From NCBI GenBank assembly GCA_045125935.1, contig JBGVNW010000041.1:66199-130198 (forward strand): 64,000 nt of DNA, written 5' to 3'. A model generated the notes under the pieces. It was not told the DNA's origin, did no database searches, and saw only the letters and a list, made by a program, of their open reading frames with translations. Each line of letters begins with the position of its first letter. Position 1 is the stretch's first letter. Positions 6,835 to 16,060 of the stretch are shown one piece after another. This stretch comes from Bacilli bacterium. Its GTDB lineage: Bacteria; Bacillota_I; Bacilli_A; RF39; UBA660. The translations under genes and the position numbers were made by a program.

Positions 6835-9800
6835 TGTCAGAAATGAATCATAATGTAATAAAAGTAAATACAGTTGTTGATAATATAAAGCAAAAAGCAA
6901 CAGAATATGATACAGCAATGTCCGAAATTGATACGCTAACTGATAAAATTATTAATGCTCATGGATTTGGGTTAGTTGGCGGCTTAAGTGCTGGGCAATA
7001 TTCTGCACAGCTAGCTGAATGTAAAGCTTCATGCGAATATTTAACCAATACAATTAGAAGTGTTCAATTAGAATTAATAAAATATTCTCAAAGTGAAGAA
7101 AGTTTAAATAGATTTTTAGGCTCAGTTACTAATGAGGAATGGGCTGCAATGGGATATTCTCCTGAAAATGTTCCAAAAGATATGGAAACTTTGATGTCGA
7201 ATGGTTCGGGTAATACTGAAAAGACAGTATCAAAACTAACCGGCGAATATGACCTTAGTTTTGGAGAAACTATTTTAGGATGGTTAGGAACAGGTGCTTC
7301 CGGTTTAGCAGAAGGTGTAGGACAATTTCTTGAAGCTGGAGTAGATTTGCTTGACATGACAGTAATCGGTGGCGGTGGTGCCCTATTGACACTTATAGCA
7401 ACTGGTTCAACGGAAAAAGCAAGTGAATATTTTGAACAAACCAAAGCTCGTGTTAGCAAGGATGTAGTAACTACTTGGTTTGATGACAATGTTTATTCAA
7501 CTGAATTAATTTCAAAATATGCTGAAGCATGTCCAAGTGGATTCAATATGACTAGAGGAATCACAAATGGAATTGGGTATTCAACCGCACTAATCGCAAC
7601 AGGAAGTTTCATCGGTGGTTTAGGTAGCGCATCAACGGCTACATCGGCTTCAACAAGTATGTTAGGAACTTTAAGAACTGCAGTTACAACCGGTAGAGGT
7701 TTAGGTATGGTAGCAACTGCAGGAGCAACTGGTTTTTCAACCGGTACAACAGATGCATGGGCAAATGGTGCAGGTACTGGAGAAGGACTTTTACAAGGTG
7801 TGGCAACAGGTGCATGGGAAGCAACACAATGGGCTGCAGGTATTGGTATAAATTCGGTGACAACAGGAGTTGGAGGATCAATATTGAATGTTACCGCAGA
7901 TACAGCTTTTGGTGCAGCAGAAGGATTTGTTCGTCCGGGAATATCAACACTAGGTAATGATACGACTTTTGAACAAGCATTTGAAGAAGCCGGAGGATGG
8001 GCCAATGTTGGGCAACAAGCAGCTGTCAGCGGTATTATGTCGGGAGCAGCTGAAATTGGTTCAGCAATTAAAACAAATATTCAAACCAGAGCGGCTACAG
8101 CAGATGGTTCAGGTGGAACCGGTCGTGTGGATGGTTCTGGTGTAACTGGTAGTGCAGATGGTTCAGGTGGAACCGGTCGTGTAGATGGTTCTGGTGGAAC
8201 TGGTAGTGCAGATGGTTCTGGTAGAATCAGTAGTGCAGATGGTTCAGGCGGAACTGGTAGTGCAGATGGTTCTGGTAGAATCAGTAGTGCAGATGGAACA
8301 CAAAGAGTAGCACCACAAGATGCGACAAATGTTGAATATAAAACCTCAGCAGACAGCTATGGTAGAACAACTTCTACAACAGAGTATGACTTAAACGGCA
8401 AACACATAAGTGAAGTAACAGGTCCTACTGGGCAAACAACACGTGTTACTACAGAAATAAATAACAATCAAACAATAACAACATCTCAACGTATAGATGC
8501 ATCAGGAAATGCAGTTGGAACAGGCAGAACAATCATAGAAACTGATCTTGGAAATGGTAAAGTTCATCGTCAAACAATAGATAGTTCCAATCAAGTAACA
8601 AACCAAATGATAACAACATCTACAACTCAAGGTGGAAATATAAAAGTTGAGACAAACACAACACTACCTTCAGGAAATACACAACAAAGAGTAGAAATAA
8701 TTAAAAATTCACAAGACAGTGCAGGAAATGCAGTTGTTACAAGAGATATAACACTAAAAGATAGTAATGGACAAACAACAAGTAAAATGCAATTAAAAGA
8801 TACTTTAGATATAAATAATCTTGATGCAAATGGTAATGCAACTAATTTAGCAACAAGTTTTAAACAAAAAGCTGGAAATAGCGAAGTTAAATCAAATATA
8901 ACATATGACAATAATGGAAATGTTACAAGTAAACAAATTAAAAACTTTACAGATGGTGCACTTGATACACTAGAAGATGTTACATATGCATTAGGTACAC
9001 ATCAAAGCTTAAAAGTAATGCAAGATGCACAAGGTAATTTTTTAAATAGTACTAACATAACAGCAAAATCAGATGGTACTTTTAATAAAGTAGAAACTTC
9101 AACTAATAGAGGCGGAAACAATACCGGTGGCTCTGGCGGTTCTGGTGGCTCTGGTGGCTCTGGTGGCTCTGGTGGCGGAACAGCATGGACTGAGTTATAT
9201 ACAGATGGCTATGGAAGAAAGTCATATGAAAGAACATATACAGATAGTTCAGGAAATAGCGTAAGAGAAGTACGCGGACCATCTGGAAAAATCACACAAT
9301 TGGTAACTGAAATAGATCCAACAACTGGAAGTCAAAAAATAACAACTAATTTAGTAGACTCTACAGGTAATATATTAAGTACACTAGGAGTTAAGAATTT
9401 GGTAGCTGATTCAGCAACTGGAACAGTAACTAGAACAGGAACATATACACTAGATGGTACAAGTAGAACATCAGCACAACAACGAATTACAACAACAGGA
9501 GATGCATTAAATGGCAGAAGAATTGTAGAAACAGATCTTGATGGTGGTACAACAAGAAGAACAATAGATACATCTACAACTACAGATGCAGCAACAGGAA
9601 ATACAACAACTACAAGAAATATAACAAGAGAAACTGGTGGCGAAGTAACAGGAAGAACCACAACAGCAGATGTAAAAAATTCTGCTGGAGAAATGCAGTC
9701 ATCTAGAACAGAGCATGTAAACCCAAATGATAGAAGTATAACATCAGAAACCCAATATCAAAATGGTCAAGTGGTTCATAAAGATATAGATACAGCAGTA

Positions 9801-11255
9801 CAAGTACAAGGCAGAAGAGGTAGAACAAGTTACGAAACAACAAGAACCGAAGTTGATTATAAAAATGTGGATGCAAATACTGGTAGAAAAGTTACAACAG
9901 AGTATGGACCAAACAAAAGAGAAGTTAGCGTATCAATAACAGATGGAAGCAGAGTAGATGGCTCTTTTACTGATGTAGGAAGTGCAAGTTATAGTAGACT
10001 TAGAGATATTCCAGGAAATGCAGCCCGTGCAGTAAGAGATGGTGGTCTATTAAATGGAGGAAGACAAATACTTGATGATTTAGCAACAAGAAACATGGTA
10101 AGATCTGACACAAATAATTATTTGAGAGCAAACAGAGAAGCGGGCAGTAATGTATTAAATCGCTATGCTGGTTATGGTAGAGACCAATTAGTTGATCAAT
10201 TTGTTAGAGAGTTAAGTTTGGAAAATGGTCAAATAACACCAGAAATAAGAGCACGTGCAGAATCAATGGCCGATAGTTTCTTAAATAGTCATATTAATGC
10301 TAATAAAACTGGAAAAGATACTAGAATCGATGAAGGTATAGCACAGGGACTAGAAAGAATCATCGCAAATAATGCATTAGATAATAGACGTGCAGTTGCA
10401 TTAGCAGCACTTAGAGAAGCAGGAGTAACAGCTGCTAAAGGTGCTGGATACACGGCTGCTGGAATTGCAGGATTAGGAGTGTTAGCTAATATTATAACAC
10501 CAGATACAGCAGCGCCAACAACTGTACCTATAACGTCAACTGATTCTGTCCCAACAACCGTACCAACATATACAGGTGGCGGCGGAGGCGGCGGCGGAGG
10601 CAGCGACTCTTCTTCCGGTGGCGGTTCTTCTTCTGATAGTGATACAGACGATAATGTAATTACAGATCAATCAACAGCTGATCCAATAGAAGATGCAATA
10701 AGCACAACAACACCAGAAGAACCAACAGATGAAACAATACCAGAAGAAGAAATAATTACAGGTGTAACAGATAATACTCAAACAGGTGGAGGAAGCAATT
10801 GGGGAACTTCTGGTGGAGGTCAATCATTTGATGAAACTGGAACAGATGAAAGCCTAGAAGATAATCTATCTGATGAGGATGCACTATTAGGAGACGAAAG
10901 CTTAGATGATTTAGAAACTGAAGAGAGCATCTATACGATTCCAATGGCATCAGATGATGCATCAAGCACAACAGTAACTAAAGATGGAGTTAATGCTGTA
11001 CCTATTCTTGCAGGACTTGGTTTAGTCGCAGCAGCTGGAGTAGGAGCTAAAATATATATGGATAATAAGAAAAATAACGAAAATGGTGATGATGATGAGT
11101 TCATGGATGATAGTGAATTCGAAGAATTCTCATCAACTGATAGTGACCTAATTGCAGACGAATGGAATGATGAATCTTTAGATGATGGTACAAATGAAGA
11201 AGCTGATTATGAACGTCCAAGTTTCTATAGTGATACATTAGGCGAAGAAATTTAG
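6834..11255 (+). CDS. giant LXG-like N-terminal domain protein with YD-like repeats, Gly/Ser/Thr-rich tracts, C-terminal TM anchor and acidic tail
   Basis: 1473-aa uninterrupted ORF. Helical N-terminus with GFGLVGGLSAGQY (LxG-like). Repeats such as TEYDLNGKHISEVTGPTGQTT and YTDSSGNSVREVRGPSGKIT. TM AVPILAGLGLVAAAGVGAKIYM near the C-terminus. Flanked by DUF4176 genes. Confidence 0.75.
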   Translation: MSEMNHNVIKVNTVVDNIKQKATEYDTAMSEIDTLTDKIINAHGFGLVGGLSAGQYSAQLAECKASCEYLTNTIRSVQLELIKYSQSEESLNRFLGSVTNEEWAAMGYSPENVPKDMETLMSNGSGNTEKTVSKLTGEYDLSFGETILGWLGTGASGLAEGVGQFLEAGVDLLDMTVIGGGGALLTLIATGSTEKASEYFEQTKARVSKDVVTTWFDDNVYSTELISKYAEACPSGFNMTRGITNGIGYSTALIATGSFIGGLGSASTATSASTSMLGTLRTAVTTGRGLGMVATAGATGFSTGTTDAWANGAGTGEGLLQGVATGAWEATQWAAGIGINSVTTGVGGSILNVTADTAFGAAEGFVRPGISTLGNDTTFEQAFEEAGGWANVGQQAAVSGIMSGAAEIGSAIKTNIQTRAATADGSGGTGRVDGSGVTGSADGSGGTGRVDGSGGTGSADGSGRISSADGSGGTGSADGSGRISSADGTQRVAPQDATNVEYKTSADSYGRTTSTTEYDLNGKHISEVTGPTGQTTRVTTEINNNQTITTSQRIDASGNAVGTGRTIIETDLGNGKVHRQTIDSSNQVTNQMITTSTTQGGNIKVETNTTLPSGNTQQRVEIIKNSQDSAGNAVVTRDITLKDSNGQTTSKMQLKDTLDINNLDANGNATNLATSFKQKAGNSEVKSNITYDNNGNVTSKQIKNFTDGALDTLEDVTYALGTHQSLKVMQDAQGNFLNSTNITAKSDGTFNKVETSTNRGGNNTGGSGGSGGSGGSGGSGGGTAWTELYTDGYGRKSYERTYTDSSGNSVREVRGPSGKITQLVTEIDPTTGSQKITTNLVDSTGNILSTLGVKNLVADSATGTVTRTGTYTLDGTSRTSAQQRITTTGDALNGRRIVETDLDGGTTRRTIDTSTTTDAATGNTTTTRNITRETGGEVTGRTTTADVKNSAGEMQSSRTEHVNPNDRSITSETQYQNGQVVHKDIDTAVQVQGRRGRTSYETTRTEVDYKNVDANTGRKVTTEYGPNKREVSVSITDGSRVDGSFTDVGSASYSRLRDIPGNAARAVRDGGLLNGGRQILDDLATRNMVRSDTNNYLRANREAGSNVLNRYAGYGRDQLVDQFVRELSLENGQITPEIRARAESMADSFLNSHINANKTGKDTRIDEGIAQGLERIIANNALDNRRAVALAALREAGVTAAKGAGYTAAGIAGLGVLANIITPDTAAPTTVPITSTDSVPTTVPTYTGGGGGGGGGSDSSSGGGSSSDSDTDDNVITDQSTADPIEDAISTTTPEEPTDETIPEEEIITGVTDNTQTGGGSNWGTSGGGQSFDETGTDESLEDNLSDEDALLGDESLDDLETEESIYTIPMASDDASSTTVTKDGVNAVPILAGLGLVAAAGVGAKIYMDNKKNNENGDDDEFMDDSEFEEFSSTDSDLIADEWNDESLDDGTNEEADYERPSFYSDTLGEEI
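8103..8291 (+). repeat. 7 x 27-nt in-frame tandem repeat (DGSGGTG[RS][VA])
   Basis: Units start at 8103, 8130, 8157, 8184, 8211, 8238 and 8265. Units 5 and 7 are identical and units 1 and 3 differ at 1 nt. Confidence 0.95.
9126..9179 (+). repeat. (GGT GGC TCT)n microsatellite encoding (GGS)n
   Basis: GGTGGCTCT-type 9-nt units repeated about 6 times, in frame within the giant gene. Confidence 0.9.
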
Positions 11256-11286
11256 TTATAAAATAAAGTTATAGACAGGAGAAAAT

Positions 11287-11613
11287 ATGGAAAAAGAAAG
11301 ATTTTTACCAATAGGTAGTGTTGTATTATTAAAAAATGCTACAAAACCAGTTATGATTACAGGATATTCAATTATTGGAAACGCAAATTCAGAAAATCCA
11401 GAAGAAATAACAAAAAAGATGTACGAGTATGGTTGCTGTGTTTATCCTGAAGGTGTTTTAAGTACAAATTTAATAGGTGGATTTGATCATGAACAAATTG
11501 AAAAAATATTATTCGTAGGATACGAAACAGAAAGTCAAGCTCAAATTTCAACTCTATTAAATGAAAATTATGATAAATTAAGAGAAAAATTCGAAAAAGA
11601 AGGAAAAATATAA
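11287..11613 (+). CDS. DUF4176-family protein (copy 3 of 3)
   Basis: RFLPIGSVVLLKNATKPVMITGY, YEYGCCVYPEG. Confidence 0.7.
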   Translation: MEKERFLPIGSVVLLKNATKPVMITGYSIIGNANSENPEEITKKMYEYGCCVYPEGVLSTNLIGGFDHEQIEKILFVGYETESQAQISTLLNENYDKLREKFEKEGKI

Positions 11614-11619
11614 AAATTA

Positions 11620-11654
11620 AAAGCTACACCAAAAATTTGATGTAGCTTTTTTTA
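11620..11654. terminator. bidirectional intrinsic terminator
   Basis: AAAGCTACA...TGTAGCTTT hairpin with an A-run upstream and a T-run downstream. Lies between convergent genes. Confidence 0.75.
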
Positions 11655-11657
11655 TTG

Positions 11658-12836
11658 TTATCTATACTTATAAGTCCTAGACTTTTCCATCGAAATATTA
11701 AGTAATATCCCAACTAGTAACATGTATGATAAAAGACTGGATCCCCCATAAGAAATAAATGGAAGAGTAATACCAGTAATAGGGAGTAGACCAACTGTCA
11801 TTCCAATATTTTGAACTTGTTGAAATAAAAGCATGCCTACAATACCAGCTAAAATATATTTATCTGTATCATCGATTTTTCTCTTCGCAAGTCTAATTAT
11901 ATTTATATCGAAATAAATAATAATTCCAAGTAGTATGATAACTCCTATAATACCAAAGTTTGATGCAAATACTGCGAATATAAAATCAGTCGATGACTCT
12001 GGAAAATAAATAGGTGTCTTATTAAACCCATGTCCAAATAATCCAGCAGATCCAATTGCCGCCAAGGCATTTTCTAATTGTAGTCCAGATCCTGTTTTCC
12101 AATCGAATAATCTATCTAATCGATAAAATATTGAAGTACCAAATATATCAATAAACAATTCTTCCTTAAAGAAGTAAATTCCTAAAACACTTCCTAAAAT
12201 TACCCCAATACAAGCAAATGCCAAGATAAACCATCCAACTCTAATACCCGATGAAAACATCATTACAAAATAGATTATTAAATAGATTATAACAGCCCCA
12301 GTATCAGGTTGTAAAAAGGTAAGTATTGATGGAATAAGTACAATAATTAAAGTCTTTAAAATAAACAAAAACTCTTGCCAAATAGTTGGATTTTTATAAT
12401 CACTTCTAAAATTATGTATCATTGTAGCTAAAACAAGCATTATAAATATCTTCATAAATTCACTTGGCTGAATACTACCAACTCCAGGAATTGTAAACCA
12501 ACATTTACTATTATTAATAGGTGTTCCAAATAATAATAATCCAACTAACAAAATATTACCCAGTACATATAAAAACCAAGTATGTCGATACAAAAACTCA
12601 TTCTTAACTTTGAGTATTATAACTACTAAAATACTTCCTACAATATACCAAATAGCTTGTTTTAATGCCAAATTACCTAAACTTTGTGAAGTATAAGTTA
12701 ATGCACTATATATTGTCATAATACTAATTATAGCCATTAAAAATATTGGAATAAGTATTTTAAAATTAATTTTATTATTTTTACTTTGTGTCATATTATC
12801 TTTACCTTTCATTTTTATTATACCAAAATCACTCAA
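11658..12836 (-). CDS. SEDS-family FtsW/RodA/SpoVE peptidoglycan polymerase
   Basis: About 10 TM segments. C-terminal ...GLLPITGITLPFISYGGSSLL... signature. The start may be one of the internal Met codons (MKGK.. or MTQSK..). Confidence 0.85.
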   Translation of the reverse strand: MSDFGIIKMKGKDNMTQSKNNKINFKILIPIFLMAIISIMTIYSALTYTSQSLGNLALKQAIWYIVGSILVVIILKVKNEFLYRHTWFLYVLGNILLVGLLLFGTPINNSKCWFTIPGVGSIQPSEFMKIFIMLVLATMIHNFRSDYKNPTIWQEFLFILKTLIIVLIPSILTFLQPDTGAVIIYLIIYFVMMFSSGIRVGWFILAFACIGVILGSVLGIYFFKEELFIDIFGTSIFYRLDRLFDWKTGSGLQLENALAAIGSAGLFGHGFNKTPIYFPESSTDFIFAVFASNFGIIGVIILLGIIIYFDINIIRLAKRKIDDTDKYILAGIVGMLLFQQVQNIGMTVGLLPITGITLPFISYGGSSLLSYMLLVGILLNISMEKSRTYKYR

Positions 12837-12879
12837 GTTTTATATCTTATTTTCATAAAATATAAAAAGGAGACAAAAT

Positions 12880-13221
12880 ATGAAAAAATTACCAAAAGTT
12901 TTTCAAAATGATTTTTCAAAACCAATAAATAATAATAAGAAAGTCTGTTATTTAAGAAATGAAGATATAAAAGAAGAAAGAGAAGTTGTTCAAATAGAAA
13001 AAAAAGAACTAGAAGATGAGTCAACAATTAATGAAGTATTAGAAGAAATCTTTAGTGGAATAGGTTATTCTTATAATATTCCTTTAGAAATAATTACTAA
13101 AAATAGAGCTTATAATACTAGTCTTATTGCTAAAACAAAGTATAATTTAATTACTTTAGATAATGAAATAATCCCTATATCAGAAATTACAAATATTACT
13201 ATTAAAGATAAATCCAAATAA
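12880..13221 (+). CDS. hypothetical protein
   Basis: 113-aa ORF with SD AAAGGAGA. No motif recognised. Confidence 0.4.
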   Translation: MKKLPKVFQNDFSKPINNNKKVCYLRNEDIKEEREVVQIEKKELEDESTINEVLEEIFSGIGYSYNIPLEIITKNRAYNTSLIAKTKYNLITLDNEIIPISEITNITIKDKSK

Positions 13222-13258
13222 AAAGAATTGTACTTCTAAAATACAATCCTTTTTATTA

Positions 13259-13663
13259 TTAGCATAATTCTATATACGTATCAGCAAGACATTTAACAGC
13301 ACCAACACATTTTAAGTCAATAGTAAAAAATTCATTAGTTCCTACAAAGTTATTTTCATCATTTAAGTAAAGTATTCTAAAAGTAGCACAACAATCATCT
13401 AATGATTCAATTCTAAATACTTCTGATTCTCTAGTTACACCATTAATTGTATAAGGAAAACGCCAAGGATTTCCAGTACAACAATTAAATAACATTAATG
13501 GTCTAGTATTATAGCAAACACTTGTACATACAGGTCCTAAATAAGGTTTATCACATCCAGTAGATTGACAACCATTATCAAAATCTTGTTTTTGTAACAT
13601 TAATATTCGTCTTAATAATTCACTTAAACATCCACAATCTCTTTCATTATTTTCATCACACAT
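13259..13663 (-). CDS. CotY/CotZ-like Cys-rich spore coat/crust protein
   Basis: Strong SD (AGAAAGGAGG). Cys pattern CGC...GC..TGC...FRIESLDDCCATFRIL...IDLKCVGAVKCL parallels B. subtilis CotY/CotZ (FFRVE..CCATL.., CFCAI.CL). Confidence 0.6.
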   Translation of the reverse strand: MCDENNERDCGCLSELLRRILMLQKQDFDNGCQSTGCDKPYLGPVCTSVCYNTRPLMLFNCCTGNPWRFPYTINGVTRESEVFRIESLDDCCATFRILYLNDENNFVGTNEFFTIDLKCVGAVKCLADTYIELC

Positions 13664-13678
13664 AATAAAACCTCCTTT

Positions 13679-14059
13679 CTATAAGTTTTCAACTACTGTA
13701 TCAACTACACATTTAATAGCACAAATACAACCTAAATTAACTGTTATAAAACTATTAGTAGAAATATAATCATCACCATCAACAGCAAGTACTCTTAAAG
13801 TTACACAATCATCAAATACTTTTTCAACTCTAAAAAAAGAACTACTTATCATATTTCCATTATCAATATAATTACTACTTAGTAGAGTACCATTCTTAGT
13901 ATATAAAGTAATAACCCTAGTATTATAACAAATTTGATTAATAGTAGGTCCTAAGTAAGGTTTAGTACAACCATCTTCTAAGCAATGTGTATTTACTGAA
14001 TTTTCTTGTAATAAATGAATTAATCTAAGTAAATTCCTAATACAATGATTAGTCCTCAT
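13679..14059 (-). CDS. CotY/CotZ-like Cys-rich spore coat/crust protein (paralog)
   Basis: Start moved to ATG 14059 (MRTNHC..) behind SD GAGGTGGAG. FFRVEKVFDDCVTLRVL and VNLGCICAIKCV blocks. Confidence 0.6.
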   Translation of the reverse strand: MRTNHCIRNLLRLIHLLQENSVNTHCLEDGCTKPYLGPTINQICYNTRVITLYTKNGTLLSSNYIDNGNMISSSFFRVEKVFDDCVTLRVLAVDGDDYISTNSFITVNLGCICAIKCVVDTVVENL

Positions 14060-14209
14060 AGTCTCCACCTCTTTATCTATTTCTAATATAAAGTATTCAA
14101 AACGTATTATTTTGTGTTTATAAATACCTATATAATTATATGTTTTATCACTAGAAATTAATCTCTTTATTTTTATCATTTTCTGTTATATAATTATAGT
14201 GGTGATAGA

Positions 14210-14524
14210 ATGGAATATATAGAATATTTAATTATAGGAATAGTATTAGTAATTATCTTACTAGCAGTCTTAAAGGCTAATAAGAAGGATGCTAATCTAG
14301 ATTTTAATAAATTAGTGGAATTGTTAGGTGGTAAGGAAAATATTATTTCTACTGAGACTAATTTATCAAGATTTAAAGTAACATTGAAAGATGTTAGTAA
14401 AGCTAATAAAGAGGGAATTCAAAAATTAGGAGCAAAGGGAATTGTTGAAATAGATAATCAGTTAAAGATAATTCTTGGTCCTGAATCAAAACAATTAAAA
14501 AAATATATCGATGAGATAAAATAA
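14210..14524 (+). CDS. membrane-anchored PTS-EIIB(Glc)-like domain protein lacking the phospho-Cys
   Basis: N-terminal TM, then LVELLGGKENIISTETNLSRFKVTLKD..GIVE. Aligns to the EIIB CxTRLR region with Glu/Asn at the Cys position. Confidence 0.5.
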   Translation: MEYIEYLIIGIVLVIILLAVLKANKKDANLDFNKLVELLGGKENIISTETNLSRFKVTLKDVSKANKEGIQKLGAKGIVEIDNQLKIILGPESKQLKKYIDEIK

Positions 14525-14616
14525 TTAAAATGAAAGTTAAAGTAAGTACTTGAAAAGGTATTTACTTTTTTCTTTAGCATAAATTTATCTTTAAATAAAT
14601 ATACTTATACTGGTAG

Positions 14617-15966
14617 GTGATCTATATTAATAAATATAAATATATACTTATTGCTTCTATATTTATAGTGGCACTATCTTTATTTTTGTTTCCTAAAGAG
14701 GAAGAAAAAGTAGAGACTAGTATTCTTAATGCTACTGTTATAAGTAGTAAAGTAAATAAGTTAACAGTTCGTGATGATAATAATTTAATTTATACATTCG
14801 ATGTAGAAAATAATTTATATGAAGCAGGAGAAAATTTAATTATTGAGTATACTGGATTATTAGATGAAAATCTAAACTTAGTAAATATTACGCCTGTTTC
14901 ACAAGATGAAGAAGAAATAGCTATTAGAACTAGTGATAGTATGTTTAATAATTTTAAAACTCTAGCTGAAAATAAGGTGAATGAAATGACTTTAGATGAG
15001 AAAATTGGTCAAATTCTTTTAGTTAGATATGAAAGTGATAAAGCCAAAGAGGCTATAAATACCTATAAGGTAGGAGGATTTGTTTTCTTTGAAAAGGATT
15101 TTAAGGATAAAACTACAAAAGAAGTTCAAGATATGATGACCTCTCTTCAAGCTATGGCTAAAATTCCGCTATTAACAGCCGTAGATGAAGAAGGTGGCGA
15201 TGTAGTACGTGTAAGTAGTAATAAGAATTTAATTGAAAGTGAATTTTTATCGCCAAGAGAATTATATCTTGAGGGTGGTTTTGACTTAATAAGTGAAGAT
15301 ACTAAGAAAAAAAGTAATTTATTAGAAAATTTAGGTCTAAATGTCAACTTAGCACCTGTAGTAGATGTTTCAACTAACTCAACAGATTATATGTATGATA
15401 GAACATTAGGAGAGGGAAGCGAATTAACTTCAACATATTCTAAAACGGTAATAGAGGCAAGTAAGGCGAATGATTCAGTATCTTATGTTATGAAACACTT
15501 TCCTGGATATGGTAACAATGAAGATACTCATGATGGTCAAGTGATTGATAGTAGAACTTTAGAAGAAATTAAACAAAATGATTTACCACCATTTGAAGCT
15601 GGTATTGCTAGTGGTGCAGAGGCAATCCTTGTAAGTCATAATATAGTCCAAAGTATTGATCAAAATAATCCAGCATCTCTTTCTGCGAGTGTACATAATC
15701 TATTAAGAGGCGATCTTGGTTTCACTGGTGTAATAATTACAGATGATTTAGCAATGGCTGCGGTTGCAAATATAGAGGATGTTACTGTAAAAGCTCTTCT
15801 TGCTGGCAACGATATCATTATAACAACAGATTATGAACAAGGCTTCAATGATATAAAACAAGCTGTAGAAGATGGAACAATAAGTGAAAGTTTAATTGAC
15901 GAAATAGCGCATAAAATCATTTCTTGGAAGTACTATAAGGGACTAATGTATGATAAACAAAAATAA
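14617..15966 (+). CDS. membrane-anchored GH3 beta-N-acetylhexosaminidase (NagZ-like)
   Basis: GTG start and N-terminal TM. KIGQILLVRY, VDEEGGDVVRV, KHFPGYG and ITDDL motifs of the GH3 N-terminal domain. Confidence 0.8.
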   Translation: MIYINKYKYILIASIFIVALSLFLFPKEEEKVETSILNATVISSKVNKLTVRDDNNLIYTFDVENNLYEAGENLIIEYTGLLDENLNLVNITPVSQDEEEIAIRTSDSMFNNFKTLAENKVNEMTLDEKIGQILLVRYESDKAKEAINTYKVGGFVFFEKDFKDKTTKEVQDMMTSLQAMAKIPLLTAVDEEGGDVVRVSSNKNLIESEFLSPRELYLEGGFDLISEDTKKKSNLLENLGLNVNLAPVVDVSTNSTDYMYDRTLGEGSELTSTYSKTVIEASKANDSVSYVMKHFPGYGNNEDTHDGQVIDSRTLEEIKQNDLPPFEAGIASGAEAILVSHNIVQSIDQNNPASLSASVHNLLRGDLGFTGVIITDDLAMAAVANIEDVTVKALLAGNDIIITTDYEQGFNDIKQAVEDGTISESLIDEIAHKIISWKYYKGLMYDKQK

Positions 15967-16060
15967 TTTTTTAAACATAAAATGACAAATTTTGTCATTT
16001 TTCCATATTTCGACAAATTTCGACCTAATAATTATGTATCATCAAGATGAGGTGCATATT

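Noticed and set aside
7088-8005. Long minus-strand ORFs (7088-7489, 7493-8005, 7684-7881) and the alternative plus-frame ORFs 7757-7957 and 7957-8145 inside the giant gene. The same applies to 8627-8911, 9332-9661 and 10756-10971.
   Set aside because: They lie entirely within the uninterrupted 4.4-kb ORF. Their products are low-complexity mirror images of its Gly/Thr/Ser-rich codons, and they have no SD sequences. These are frame artefacts of a compositionally biased gene.
8103-8291. Possibility that the 27-nt repeats, or the 322-bp duplication at 19.0-19.6 kb, represent a CRISPR array.
   Set aside because: The 27-nt units are contiguous, with no spacers, and lie in frame within a coding sequence. 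The 322-bp units are only two copies and contain ORFs. No cas genes are present in the window.
12833-13027. 64-aa minus-strand ORF upstream of the SEDS gene, and ORF 17343-17609.
   Set aside because: They overlap better-supported genes or promoter regions in other frames, have low-complexity products and lack SD sequences.
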